Assembly (NCBI GenBank): GCA_000934665.2
Contig: KZ539051.1
Span: 1 to 35,232 of the forward strand
Source: Catajapyx aquilonaris
Taxonomy: Eukaryota
DNA: 35,232 nucleotides
Direction: 5' to 3'
The translations under genes and the position numbers were made by a program. The notes beneath the pieces were generated by a model. The model was not told the origin of the DNA and did not search any database. It worked only from the letters and a program-made list of their open reading frames with translations. Each line of letters begins with the position of its first letter. The first letter of the stretch is position 1. Shown here one piece after another: positions 23,621-34,785 of this stretch.

Positions 23621-24699
23621 TGCAGCACCAGTATAATTATTGAGATTATTTTTGGGATGCTGAATTCAATTAATTTATAACGACATACCTGTAAATTGTA
23701 GCCTACTGTACATCGTACGTCACAATTATTGAATGCAGCAAATCCTGAGTGCACATCATTGCGCTTCCCCCAAAAAAACAGCAGCGAGCAATAATCTTTG
23801 AATTATAGACCTCTCAGCAGCATTATGCCATGCCCCAATCAACCGTACTCAGCACCGGCAGTAATTTAATTGTGAACTCTCCCAGCCTTCATGCACCCCA
23901 AAAAAAAAACCCCTGCTACCGATAACATATTGAGCCGGGTCCACTTATAGCATTCCAAATTATGCAGGAGATGTATTTTTCGCCCCAAAAAACCCCTCCG
24001 TCCCCCATCGTGATTATCCGCCCACTTTTCCGCAGAGGAATGATGGTCGGGGATCACGCTTTACGCCGCTGGATTAAAACCAAGAATGCAATTATCCAGA
24101 GCAGAGTTTCACAACACGCAGCACAGTCAGGCAGGCAGGCAGGCATAGGGGCAGGCAGAGTCAATTTGCATCCGAAGGGTACCTACCCATCACCCCCCCC
24201 CCCCCCAAGTCCAAACTCCAATCGTATCAGTATATTTGGCTTTTACATCAGACACAAGACGTTTGGCTGTTGACATAACTCCAAATTTCCGTCTTTTCTG
24301 GGTTTCAAAATTGATGCATTTTTTCCCCGGATTTGCCTTTACCTGTAATTTCCATGCCATCGTGTGAATAATTCAAGACTGGCAATTTCAATCGTTGGAC
24401 ATGCGAACGATTTTTTTCTCTCCTTCTGGTAGGCCCCTGTTGTGTGTGACGGGTGTCAAAAGTGGGGCTCAGCACGCGAAGGATGTTTGGCCAATTTTTT
24501 ACCCGCACAGTTGTTTCGACTCCAGGTTCGCCATTTCGACTTGGGGAGCACTATCACGTGATGTACCTAGACAGTCTAAGGTGATGTAGATTTAGACTGA
24601 GGAAACAAGTGAATTTTTAATCCCTTTCATTCTCGTGTAGGCAGCAGAAATGTTACGGACATTAGGTTCAATGTGAGCAAACGAGAAATATATCACATA

Positions 24700-24914
24700 C
24701 TAGCAGGGAAACCGTTCTTCGCACGCAATAGGCACAGATAAGAGATCAAACTTAATGGGGAGAAAATCCTAAATTTTGGATATTTACACTCAAAAAAGTG
24801 CAGTTTTCAGACTTTTCCCTGAATCAGCGGCACGTAAGACATCAGTATGCCAAGTTTCAGCAATCTTCGTACTCCGAAAGTGGGTTAGGTAGCCTGGACA
24901 TACAGACAAACCTT
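24700..24914 (-). mobile_element. Non-autonomous Helitron-like element, copy 2 (5'-truncated or degenerate)
   Basis: ACTAGCAGGGAAACCGTTCTTCGCACG, AAAATCCTA.ATTTTG, CTGAATCAG...ACGTAAGAC...TGCCAAGTTT and TGGGTTA align with 14594-14840. Confidence 0.75.
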
Positions 24915-24920
24915 GTGCTT

Positions 24921-25034
24921 TGTGGCTGTGTCTGAGCCTCTGTTTGTCCGCGTAGTATCACTACCACCTGAGAGTGGAAGATGTGTGCGCCATCTGTGTG
25001 AGGATCAAGGCACATGTGTTGCCAAGTTTTGGCA
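24921..25034 (+). repeat. Family X copy directly abutting the Helitron-like copy
   Basis: GGCTGTGTCTGAGCCTCTGTTTGTCCGCGTAGTA...CCACCTGAGAGTGGAAG...TGCGCCATCTGTGTGA...GCCAAGTTTTGGCA aligns with the reverse complement of 31447-31572. Confidence 0.75.
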
Positions 25035-25767
25035 CCAGGTTCGCTACTAGTATGATAATAATTAACATGGGGCCAAAACAAGTCCGTGGGCTTAATTACA
25101 TCGCCAATGGACTGGTTTCCTTAATATTGGGGATCGCCTGCTTTGCAAAGGAGGGGTGTTGGAAACTTCGCCTTAAGCCCAGGGGCGCCAAAATTTTCAA
25201 CTTGGGTCCCTCCTCTTCCTCCTCCTCTGAAAACAGGGAGCCGCTGAGTCACTTTCAGAAGTTCTCCTCGACTACTTAAAAACCGTTTTATAAGGGGATG
25301 ATATACCGGTGCACGTGATTGACGTCTACCCTGCATTTCCATAACTAGTGGCTCCTAGTGAGAGTTGCAAACCTGTACTTAACGCACCTTGCACCTGGAT
25401 TAGAAAACTTGCTCGCATGAAAGAATATCTGACCCCCCCCCCCCCCAAGTGCTGCATGGTTGCTTTCATATGTGGGTCGCAATTTGTTTGCGAATACAGC
25501 CGGAATAACAAATTACTGAAGTGAATTAGTATCAATGCCAACCTTGCAATATGATGACACCGTAATTTATATGGTTCCGCAGACATTTAATTTATCGAGC
25601 CTTTCTCCTCCACATCATGACCTCGTCTGAATTAATGTTTGCCGGTTGGAATCAGGCTTGATGAGATGGTCATCTCAGCATGACCTGACCCTTCACCTGT
25701 AGGTCTGAATCTGAGAGCGTCTGGTGCAGAGAGGGATGCTGAGGACGCAGCATCCAAGTCTTTTCTA

Positions 25768-25771
<4 letters not shown>

Positions 25772-25817
<46 letters not shown>
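25772..25817. repeat. (TC)n microsatellite
   Basis: Perfect TC dinucleotide run. Confidence 0.95.
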
Positions 25818-25819
<2 letters not shown>

Positions 25820-27188
25820 CTAGAAGCCCGGAGGCGGCAAGATGGGCTCGGACTATCCCCAAGCCAAGTTAATGATTAAATTAAGGAGTTTGCTAACTAT
25901 GGGAGAGATCCACTCTGTCCCCCTTCAACTTCAAGGCTTGTTGAGCCAGGCTGCGAAATAGGAGGCAGGGATTTGCTTCAGATAGATTCCCTGCTGATGC
26001 TGCACTTTGATTTCTTACCTCTGCTTCCCTTTTTTTTATATACAGCAGGAAAAGTTCGGCCATTGTTCCTGTGGCCATCCTGGGCTATATCAGCAGATAT
26101 TGTTGATAACTATTAAAATCATCTGTTTAAGAACATGCATCTTAGGAATAAGCCCTTTGCGTTTAATGAAAAAAGTTCAATTAAAATACACTCTGTCAGG
26201 TAATATGGTGTGATATTCAGTTGCATTAGGTTCATATTCAAAGTAAGTTCAAATGAGCACCTACAGTACAAATTGCGGATTTGTTGGATTTTTTTTAAAA
26301 AAATGGAGCCATGAAAACAGACGAAGGTTTCATGTGTGGCCTAAATGGAAAGGTCCAGTATATGTGCGTTTAATAAAAAGGTCACGAAGCATATGTTGGG
26401 ACCTCGCGCAGGTGAAAAATTAAGGGTTGGCCTGCCCATTCTTTTTTTTAGGGATGAGGGCATATTCTTGCATTTTGTTTCGTTGCCGCAATTGTGCTGG
26501 GGGAAAATTACCCTCCCTCTTCATAATTCTTGATTTTGAACATTGAAATGTTGACATTTCATTAGTCTAAGCCAGAATATGAAATTCGGTTCACCAACTT
26601 TTCGACCCAAACCTCCCCCTACACACACACGTCCGAGGCAATTATCCCAAGCATAAATTATTCTCCCGGTTTTGGGTTCTATTTTCGAAGCAATTTCCAA
26701 GCACTATAATAGGAAATTCACCTCGATTTAATTAGTTGTCGGGGACAATGATCGTTGCAAGATGTGCATTATATGCTCTTATTGTTGCAGGAGGCTTTTG
26801 TCGTGTGCTGCTGCCGCTGCTCTTTCCCTCTCTATTCCAGCATCCAACATCGATCCAAGTCGGCTAATCATCTTACTCGAGTTAAATGGGACCAATAATG
26901 CCCGCAGCACGAGGGCTTATTTCCAAGCCAGCCCAAAAGTAAAGAGGAGAGAGAATTTTCCAAGTTTCGGATTGTTGCTAGTTGGTTGGAGGTTTAGTTG
27001 GACTCTGGGTCCGGCCTATGAAAAATTCCTGGGAACGTCCATCGGTGTGTCGGCCAAAACAACGGGAACTTCTTCACCTGGGCTCTCCAGCGGGTGAATA
27101 TTTTAAGAGTTTTTGACTTGTTCCGCACTCGGCTGCCGTTGTGACAATGTCACTACCTGTCTCGAACAAAACCAACCGGGGGGGGGGG

Positions 27189-27219
27189 NNNNNNNNNNNN
27201 NNNNNNNNNNNNNNNNNNN
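27189..27219. other. Assembly gap (N run) next to poly-G
   Basis: Run of N bases. Confidence 0.98.
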
Positions 27220-28377
27220 GTGGAAGAAGAGGGGGGGGGGGAATTTGGTACACTTAAACGGGAGGAATTTTTTCGACTTACACATGGGAATGTCTTGGGC
27301 TTTTTTTTCACAACAATATATAATTCAGAGGGCCTCCACGGACCTTTTTTGGGTTTCTACCTTTTTGACTTGTGGCGTCTGGGAACTCTTTCGACCAATA
27401 TAACATTGTTTCCTAAGGGGCTTGTGAAGTGCTTCACGTTTTTCCAGACATCTCTAGGGACAATGTGTAAGGCGGCAGAATCCAACAGGGATCTAACCAG
27501 CTTCTGTGGCATTGTTGAACTAAATTCCTACAACGAATTGGCGAAAAAAAATCGCAATTAAAGTCCACAAAAAATGTCCCCTATATTGGAGAACTGTAGT
27601 CACAACAGGACTCCACGGAAATACCCTATTTGGTACTTTGCTCATTGCTGTAACGAGAGCGCAATAATAGACTTGCATGGAACCCCCTCCATGTCGCCCT
27701 GCCCTATTCTTCCTCCAGCAGGATGCAGTTTTGGGTAAATAAGACTTGTGGAAAGCCTTTGTGTCGTGTGCTGTCTGTTTTGGGCTTAATTATTATGCCC
27801 CGGCGGTGGATTGTTCATATACTGAGCCCCCCCACTCGAAACAAGTTGGCAACAAAGACCCTGGCTTTTCCCTCCCCTTTTGCTGCCCTATAGTCCCCAA
27901 ATCGACGCAAACTGTAATTTTCCACCGAGGAAATGCGGTAACAGGACGAAAGGTATCGATCAGTTGCATAGTTTTGGTCAGCCTAAATGCCGTGTGCGTA
28001 TAGTATTCCTTTTGGACCTAGCTAGCTCCATGGAACATTATTGGACCCGGGCAGGCAGCAAGCGGGGAAAACGCTTATTTGCACAAACCCCTTTCCACAT
28101 CTGAGACACGTTGTTCTCACAAGTCATACTTGCACGCACATGTGATCCAAACGCACGTGCGTTCAATATGTATTAGCCAAAAACCGCGTATAATTTTGGC
28201 CTAGTTAGCAAGCCGAGTGTATATAGAGGGAACCGCAACTCTGGGGGGGATAATAATATGTAAGTCGTATGTCAACTGTCAAGTGGCCCATTTATTATTC
28301 CTGGTCCCATGCAACGGTTCCTTCCGTTCGATATACAGGGTGTTTTGTGATGATTCGGACAAACTTGTAAGGACAAC

Positions 28378-28714
28378 TACACTGTAAACCTTCCAAACCA
28401 TTAAAATGGCATCACTACTGAGTCTCTCATGGAACATCAATTTTTATTGCTCTAGTACTGAATGTTTTTGTTGTTTTTTAGCAACAAAAAGCATTACAAG
28501 AGCATCATCAAAGCACTACAATAGCATAACCACTGAGTCTCTCACGGAAGTCCAATAATTTTTAATACTCTTGTAATGTTCTTGTAATGTTTTTTGATGT
28601 TCTTTAGCAACAAAAAAGCATCACAAGAGCATTACGAAATTGACTACATGGTTGATGCGTTTTTGATGCTCTTTATAATGATTTTCGGCACTTCGCGGTT
28701 TACAGTTTAGTGTA
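28378..28714. mobile_element. Family B MITE, copy 2, with an internal tandem duplication
   Basis: TACACTGTAAACC...GGTTTACAGTTTAGTGTA. ACTGAGTCTCTCA.GGAA occurs at 28417 and 28532, and TAGCAACAAAAA(A)GCAT.ACAAGAGCAT at 28479 and 28606. Homologous to 1201-1413. Confidence 0.8.
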
Positions 28715-29669
28715 AAAGATACCAAGTAATTTTGTAAGAATCTGTAGGTACTAATGTGGTAAAATGAGTTCACCATAGAAGTATGCCTGATTCATTATCA
28801 CAGACGTCATTATCCTGAAGAAATTACGAATTTATCAAGGGAATGGCTGAAAACTATTGGCGCGCTTTAAAAAGTACTTTCAGAAATGGCGGTGTAATGT
28901 CACTGTATGATTTGCCTTTATGTACTAATGGATGCTTGGTAATTGCTGGAAATGGGTTATATGTACTGTGTTTTAAAAAACAAACAAAAAAAACTCCCAC
29001 CCCACACCCTCCACCATCTCCCTGATGGCAATGGAGCCATCCTGGAAAATTCCCGGGTGAAAAATGCAGCAAAGCGGATCCGGCCATTGTTTAAATGACG
29101 TCTTCGCAAATTGAGTCATTTAGGCCTCGTAAAATTTTCACTGCGGTCCTGCTGCTGCCCGAGCCCCCCCGGTGTGTGTGTCGTGTTGGAAATACACCCA
29201 CAGCACACTCATACACATCATATCATTGCGGGAATAACGCGCGTGTGCAACAACGCTTGCATTATTGTAAGTTATGCGCAATCAGGAGGATGTTAGCAGC
29301 TATTGCGTGCTGGATGAAAGGACTTTTGCACTCTAATAAGCTGTGGGAACCACGTTTAATTGAAGGGACGATATCCACAATTTTCACAAATGTAAATTTT
29401 TAAAGGTTTCAACCCACTGAAGAAAGTGAGCCAGTAGCTGATTTCTTGTAGAAAACTGATCTCTCTTGAATGAACTTACATTCCAACAAAATATCATTAA
29501 TTGCTGGGTTTTATAGAGGAAATTGTCGCTAAAGTTGCCCAGGAGTAAACGGTCACAATCAAAATGTCAGCAGTGGTTAGCAATTTTTTTGCTTGGCATA
29601 GGAAGAAATGCCAAGTCTAATTTACTTCGGCGAAACTGGTTCTGAGTGGATTTCTCCTGTATTCATACA

Positions 29670-30010
29670 TTTTTTTTTTACGTTACCCCGTGATAAGGTT
29701 GAGCCTTTTTAGGGGGGTGGAATACCACCATTTCACTCCATTTTCTGAATTAACTTCATACACCGGTGCAAGGAGACAAGGATGTAGGGTAGGGGTAGGG
29801 ATTTTTGGGGAGGGAACATAGGTGCAAGTGCAAGATCTGTAAAGGGGTCATGTGCTGTTCCCCAGGAGGTTAGGTTGCCAGACACCTCCTTGGTGCAGGT
29901 CAGAGACCCTCCTGACGCAGGTGAAAGGAAAGTTCCCCAGGCGGGGATCGAACCTGGGGCCTTTCACACAGCAAGCCGAGACGTTACCATCACGGCCACC
30001 ACACCTCCCC
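29670..30010 (-). mobile_element. Full-length tRNA-derived SINE (~340 bp)
   Basis: The minus strand has a Pol III A box TGGCCGTGATGG (29998-29987), a B box GGTTCGATCCC (29954-29944) and an A10 tail (29679-29670). It is flanked by the perfect direct repeat TGTATTCATACA (29658-29669 and 30011-30022). Confidence 0.9.
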
Positions 30011-30537
30011 TGTATTCATACAATATTTTTAAACAGCTGTAAGTAACTACGTAATAATAAGCAGGTTTGGGCCTAAGATTGCTAACCACTGCGACCATTT
30101 GAATCAGAGCCTGGTCTAATTCTTGCAATATCCATTCATGTTCCCGTCTAATTTGTGGAATTCTGGAAATTCCTGCAGCGCATCTTACACGGCTCTGCGA
30201 CAATGTTCCTTGTCCCGATTCCTCTTTGGGCAATGCAGAGGAGAGGTCCAAAATTTACATTTCCAGCGACACAGATTTGGGGGAGGTGTGGGTTTGGAGG
30301 AGGGAAGGGGTCAGCGCGGCAAAAACAAGTGTCGAGGAAGCCCTGCGAAAGATTTATGGAGAAACAGCGAAATGCAAAATACAGGAGCCAATGATACTTT
30401 CATCAGGGCAAGAGCTGTTTCCCATGTCCCCTTCCTTGTCCCAGCGGCAAAGCTGTATGAATATTTCACCGGGCCCTTCTAATACTCTGTCACGGACGCT
30501 CCGTTACAACCATTCGAGTGCTGCTGGCTTAAAAAAG

Positions 30538-30541
<4 letters not shown>

Positions 30542-30588
<47 letters not shown>
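30542..30588. repeat. (GA)n microsatellite
   Basis: Perfect GA run. Confidence 0.95.
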
Positions 30589-30589
<1 letters not shown>

Positions 30590-30610
30590 ATGAAGGGGGG
30601 TACATAAATT

Positions 30611-30668
30611 NNNNNNNNNNNNNNNNNNNNNNNNNNNNNNNNNNNNNNNNNNNNNNNNNNNNNNNNNN
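30611..30668. other. Assembly gap (N run)
   Basis: Run of N bases. Confidence 0.98.
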
Positions 30669-30769
30669 GGGGGGGGAACACGCGTAAATGTATTGGCATT
30701 TGCATCAGACATCATTAGAAGCTGATTCTCTTTATGGTGACATGTCTTTCTACTTATGTTCGCGTAATT

Positions 30770-30887
30770 GAGTGATGTAGCAGAACTTAAGCTCAATTAG
30801 CCTCTAAGAATGGCCACATGGAGCTAGGCCTAGGGTGGCCTCCGGAGGCTAGTTTGAGCTTCAGGTCTCCTACCTTACTCATTTCCA
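30770..30887. mobile_element. Family A fold-back element, copy 2 (inverted relative to copy 1)
   Basis: The reverse complement reads GGAAATGAGTAAGGTAGGAGACCTGAAGCTCAAACTAGCCTCCG...CTAGGCCTAGCTCCATGTGGCC...AGGCTAATTGAGCTT, matching 84-215. Confidence 0.8.
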
Positions 30888-31446
30888 CTAGCACACTCTA
30901 ATCATTTAGGTAACTAAACGTCCTACTGCTTGTTACCAGGGCCATTATATAGGTTTCTCCTTCTTTCTCTTCTGTACAACGAAAAAAATCGCTCTAAACC
31001 CTTACACGCTCCTTTCCACACAAAGAACATTGTTGAAGCCAAACCCAGGTATCAAGTTTCAGGCATTGAAAGGCATGCAGGTATATTGCTCACATAATAT
31101 AGGCTCACTCCTGAATACGCTTAGTTAGGCATGGGAGGTACAAAAAAATAGATAAAAAATCTTTCCCCCCTTCTTCAATTTCAGTTTATCAAAACTCTGG
31201 CACCAAAGGTGGTTTTAAATTACCTGATGGTTTCCAAGAAGTAATGAAAAGAAAACCCTGAAGAGAGAGGAGGGGGTGGGTGACATGCCTGGGAGGCTTC
31301 TTCAGCATGGAGGCCAAACCACAATCTAAAATTTTTTAAGGAGTTGGAGAAGCCTCCATCTTGAAGTAAGCAGATTTTTAAATGTAAGAAGTCAGTTGCA
31401 CCAACGCCAGGAAACATTTTCCGGCCGGAAAAGAGCCGGAAATTGT

Positions 31447-31572
31447 TGGCAAAACTTGGGTTGTCCGCGTGGTGCCATATATGTCACACAGATGGCGCAT
31501 CCTCTCTGCACATTACTTCCACTTTCAAGGTAGTACATCCGGACAAGCAGAGGCACAACTCGAGCCCATTTT
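31447..31572 (-). repeat. Family X copy
   Basis: CACAGATGGCGCATCCTCTCTGCACATTACTTCCACTTTCAAGGTAGTAC..CCGGACAAGCAGAGGCACA. Confidence 0.8.
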
Positions 31573-31756
31573 ACCACTTATGATTTTCCTCGCATTTTGT
31601 CAGTTTTCCTTGCAGCATAGTTGTGAAACAACATTGGAGGAATTCTGGCCCAAGTCGGCATTTTGTAGGGAGGGTGGGAGGCTCTCAAACAACACGTATA
31701 CCCGGCATATTATAGGGATCGGAAATTGGAATCTGAGGAAGATAAACAAACTGTGT

Positions 31757-31780
31757 AGAGAGAGAGAGAGAGAGAGAGAG
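31757..31780. repeat. (AG)n microsatellite
   Basis: Perfect AG run. Confidence 0.9.
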
Positions 31781-32100
31781 GGACATAGAGGGAAGCGAAG
31801 GTGAGGCTGATTGAAAACCTGGCTGCAGGGGCTGCTTCACGCTTGCCTCCCAATTAATCCATCGCCGATTGCTATTCTCATCGCCGCCGCCATGCCATCC
31901 ATGTCCCTACGGCAACAAGCCTCCCTTAGTCTATCCCCCCCCCCCCCACCCTCTCTTCATGCTCAGCCTCCGGCCACTGCATTCATCACCAATTGATTTT
32001 TTAGCCTTCCCAACCCGCAATCTATTCCAAGTCCCATTGTTTGCTCACTACCTAACTTAGTAATCAGCCGCACTATTCATTGACGCTCTCAATATATCAT

Positions 32101-32275
32101 AATTATATAGAATTGGCTATGAGTGGCTTTGTGTCTACGCGCGTTGACTCATCACCAACGTGCATGAAGTTACCACGTGGAGCGGGAGTAGCGTGCAGAG
32201 AGGATGCGCGCCATCTAGTGGTGGCGTCTCATACTATTTCCAAATGGGGGGCGGGCTGGACAGTGCTTGCAATTA
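32101..32275 (+). repeat. Family X copy (long form) with a full CTCF-consensus match
   Basis: Aligns with 19865-20040 (reverse complement) and 34645-34785. 32208-32221 reads CCACTAGATGGCGC on the minus strand. Confidence 0.85.
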
Positions 32276-33259
32276 CAGTCCAAATTACACTTATACATCA
32301 AGTCCCCTTGTGGTACTCGGGAGTTTGGCGAGTTATACATAACTGGATCAGTTACACACCTGTGACGCCTACACTCGCAACTAGATCTGCGAATTATGCC
32401 AACGTTCATCGCTTCAAGACACAAACCCTGCGCATAAAAATAAGTCCGCTTTTAGTATAACTTTGGACTTACGGGCCTCACTAAAATCCGGTCTGTGTGT
32501 ACCACCATCAGACTTGACATGCTTTATGTTCTCCCCCACCCCTTCACCTCAATACATTTGGCAAAAGCGGTGACATAACTGCGGCCGTATCCACCCCTGC
32601 TGCTGCCTTTTCCCTCTTCCAAAAACGCACCCAAGATAGGGCAAACGGCTTCAAATGACTCGGTACATGCAACGCTTTTAGTGCGCATTACCATATTCAG
32701 AGGGGGCATTGTTTTAGTTATCCACCCAGCCCCTCTCTCTCTCTCCCCTCTTTCCCCCTCCAACGCCATCAAACTTTTTACCCAGGGTTTCTATGCCAGC
32801 CCTGCAACATGTTATAGGAAAGAAGACGTGCAATAAGAATTTTTTTGATACAATTTGATGACAAATTTGTTGTCCAGTGCTGCAAATTTTATGCGTGATT
32901 GTTGGTGGGCTGCGACATCTGGCGGCACCTTGAAGCTTGGCTGGAACCTGAAACACAATAAGCCCCTGCAACTGGGGGGCGATAATGAGTAAATTAATAA
33001 AATCACATTTTGCGTGGCTGCGACCAATTTGTGCGGGGAAAAGAGGGGGATGATGCGGAGGGTGGGGACAATACGGGGGACGGCGACGGCGCCGGAAAAT
33101 ATATAGGAATCCGGAGCTAGGGATCTCCCCCGGAGTCTGAGCATGCAGGCAGATCTGAGGGGCTGGGACTGGAAAGAAGACGCTTCTTTCTTTCTTTCTT
33201 TCTTCGGGAGAGATTCATGGGCCAGAAAGCCAGGATTTTCTGTCTTTACACGTCTATGA

Positions 33260-33410
33260 CATAGATGGCGCACTGCACACGCAGTACCGTATGTTATGCA
33301 TAGATGGAGCACGACTTCACATTGTCTTAGTGCCAATATGTTTCTCATAGATGGCGCATCCTGCCGCTTTGCACACTGCTGATGACTCACCGCGGACAGA
33401 GGCACGGGCC
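33260..33410 (-). repeat. Family X copy with a triplicated core
   Basis: CATAGATGG(C/A)GCA occurs at 33260, 33299 and 33346. The third copy continues TCCTGCCGCTTTGCACACTGCT...CGCGGACAGAGGCAC. Confidence 0.75.
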
Positions 33411-34644
33411 GTAATCCGTCCGACTGGGTGTGCTGTAGATTGGCAAGGTCTGCCACAAAATGATGGCTTTGAAGCAAAAGCGAGTGTCCTTTCCCTCATA
33501 GCCTGGCCAGGTCTTGGTTTAGGATGTGGGTAGGGAGGGAGCTTACCAATTAGGCCCAGGGTAGGCCCCGGAAGCCAGGCCAGTCTGCAAATCTCTCAGC
33601 ATGTCAAACCACCTGGTGGCGGGTGCAAGCTCAGGTTCCCCCCCGCTCCATCCCCCAGCTCCCTTCCCCAGCCTTCCCTCCGCGCAAGGGTCCCATTAAA
33701 GCGCACTCCTTTGCCGCTAATTGGGGGATTATTGCCTGCAGGCCTCGGATCAAGGAGCGTCTTCTCCCTTCTCTCGTCTAGTGGGTGGGTGGGTTGGGTG
33801 GGTGGATATACGAAAAGGGAGGTCTCTCTTCCAATCGGAATTTTTATCGCGTGGAATCAGAGCAGCAATTAATGACCTGGCCAGCCTCATTAGGCCAAGC
33901 GCCTCGGATAATACTGTCTAAATCCGGTTGTGATTCAGGCTGGACCAGTTGGAGGGGGAATGTCGCCCGAACTAATAATTTTAATTATAATTTAACTGTT
34001 TGAAATAGCTGGAGATACCAGCTTGTGACAAGCTGGCAATGGTCTGGATCCAGACTCGTCCCTTCCATGGTTGCTGGGGGGATTCTTAATTAACAAAGCC
34101 ATCTTCGATTGCGTCTCACTCAGCTGGTTGGGCTTCTCCCCTCCTTCCCTTCAATCCCTCCCAACATCCTCCGCCTCTCCCCAGTGCTGATTGCCTCTGG
34201 TGCTTATACCCGACTTGCCTGGCTCCACCGCAGAAAAGCCATTCCAGGCACGTTTCCTAGCTCATGACTATTCAGATCTAATCTACGTCATAGCTCACAC
34301 ACGCCGCTAATTGCGCCAATGTCTGCTTATTAAATTCACTGTTTTGGGAGCCACGTTCGATTTCATCCTCAATTGCACTTTCAAAGTCATGTCGCCCAGC
34401 CTCCCATCGCTATATGCATTGGGGCCTTGCAATAGTTACCGGGTTAAATAGGGATCATTATGCGGATTCTCCCTCCCCAAAATTTTGCTTTTCATTCGTG
34501 CCTTCATTGCAAATGCGCCGCACATGTATACTGTACGTACTGTACTGTACTGCATCCAGTCCAAGGTTTTTAGAAACTGACTGTTGAGCCTATAGCAACC
34601 GCTTGAAAGGAGAGAAATGTTTATTAATTTAATGCATATAAATC

Positions 34645-34785
34645 TTAGAATTGGCTCATCACCAACGTGCATGTAGTACTACTTTCCACCTTAGAGCGGC
34701 AGTAATTTGCAGAGAGGGAGGAGCGACATCTGTTAGTCTCATATCGTACTACGTCCAAGTGCGGGGATGGCCGAGCAGTGTTGCC
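34645..34785 (+). repeat. Family X copy
   Basis: TAGAATTGGCTCATCACCAACGTGCATG shares an exact 19-mer with 32148-32166. It continues GTAGTAC...CCACCTTAGAGCGGCAGTAATTTGCAGAGAGGGAGGAGCGACATCTG...GTACTACGTCC...GCAGTGTTG. Confidence 0.8.

Noticed and set aside
25694..25716. CCTGTAGGTCTGAATCTGAG resembles miR-10
   Set aside because: The ACCCTGT seed is absent, there is no downstream star arm, and the local hairpin would place part of it in the loop.
29934..30010. Possible tRNA gene on the minus strand
   Set aside because: The acceptor and T stems do not pair properly; it is better explained as the SINE head.
30226..30687. 153-aa ORF
   Set aside because: Its length comes from a GA microsatellite and an N gap, and it has no domain-like content.
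33260..33358. CRISPR-like repeat-spacer appearance
   Set aside because: The repeat is only 13 bp with three units, the context is eukaryotic and there are no cas genes.
32812..33477. Longest ORF (221 aa, minus strand)
   Set aside because: No recognisable domain, and it runs through a repeat copy and low-complexity sequence.
34018..34036. Palindrome CCAGCTTGT-G-ACAAGCTGG, and a 10-bp inverted pair at 13780-13824
   Set aside because: Short and isolated, with no supporting context.
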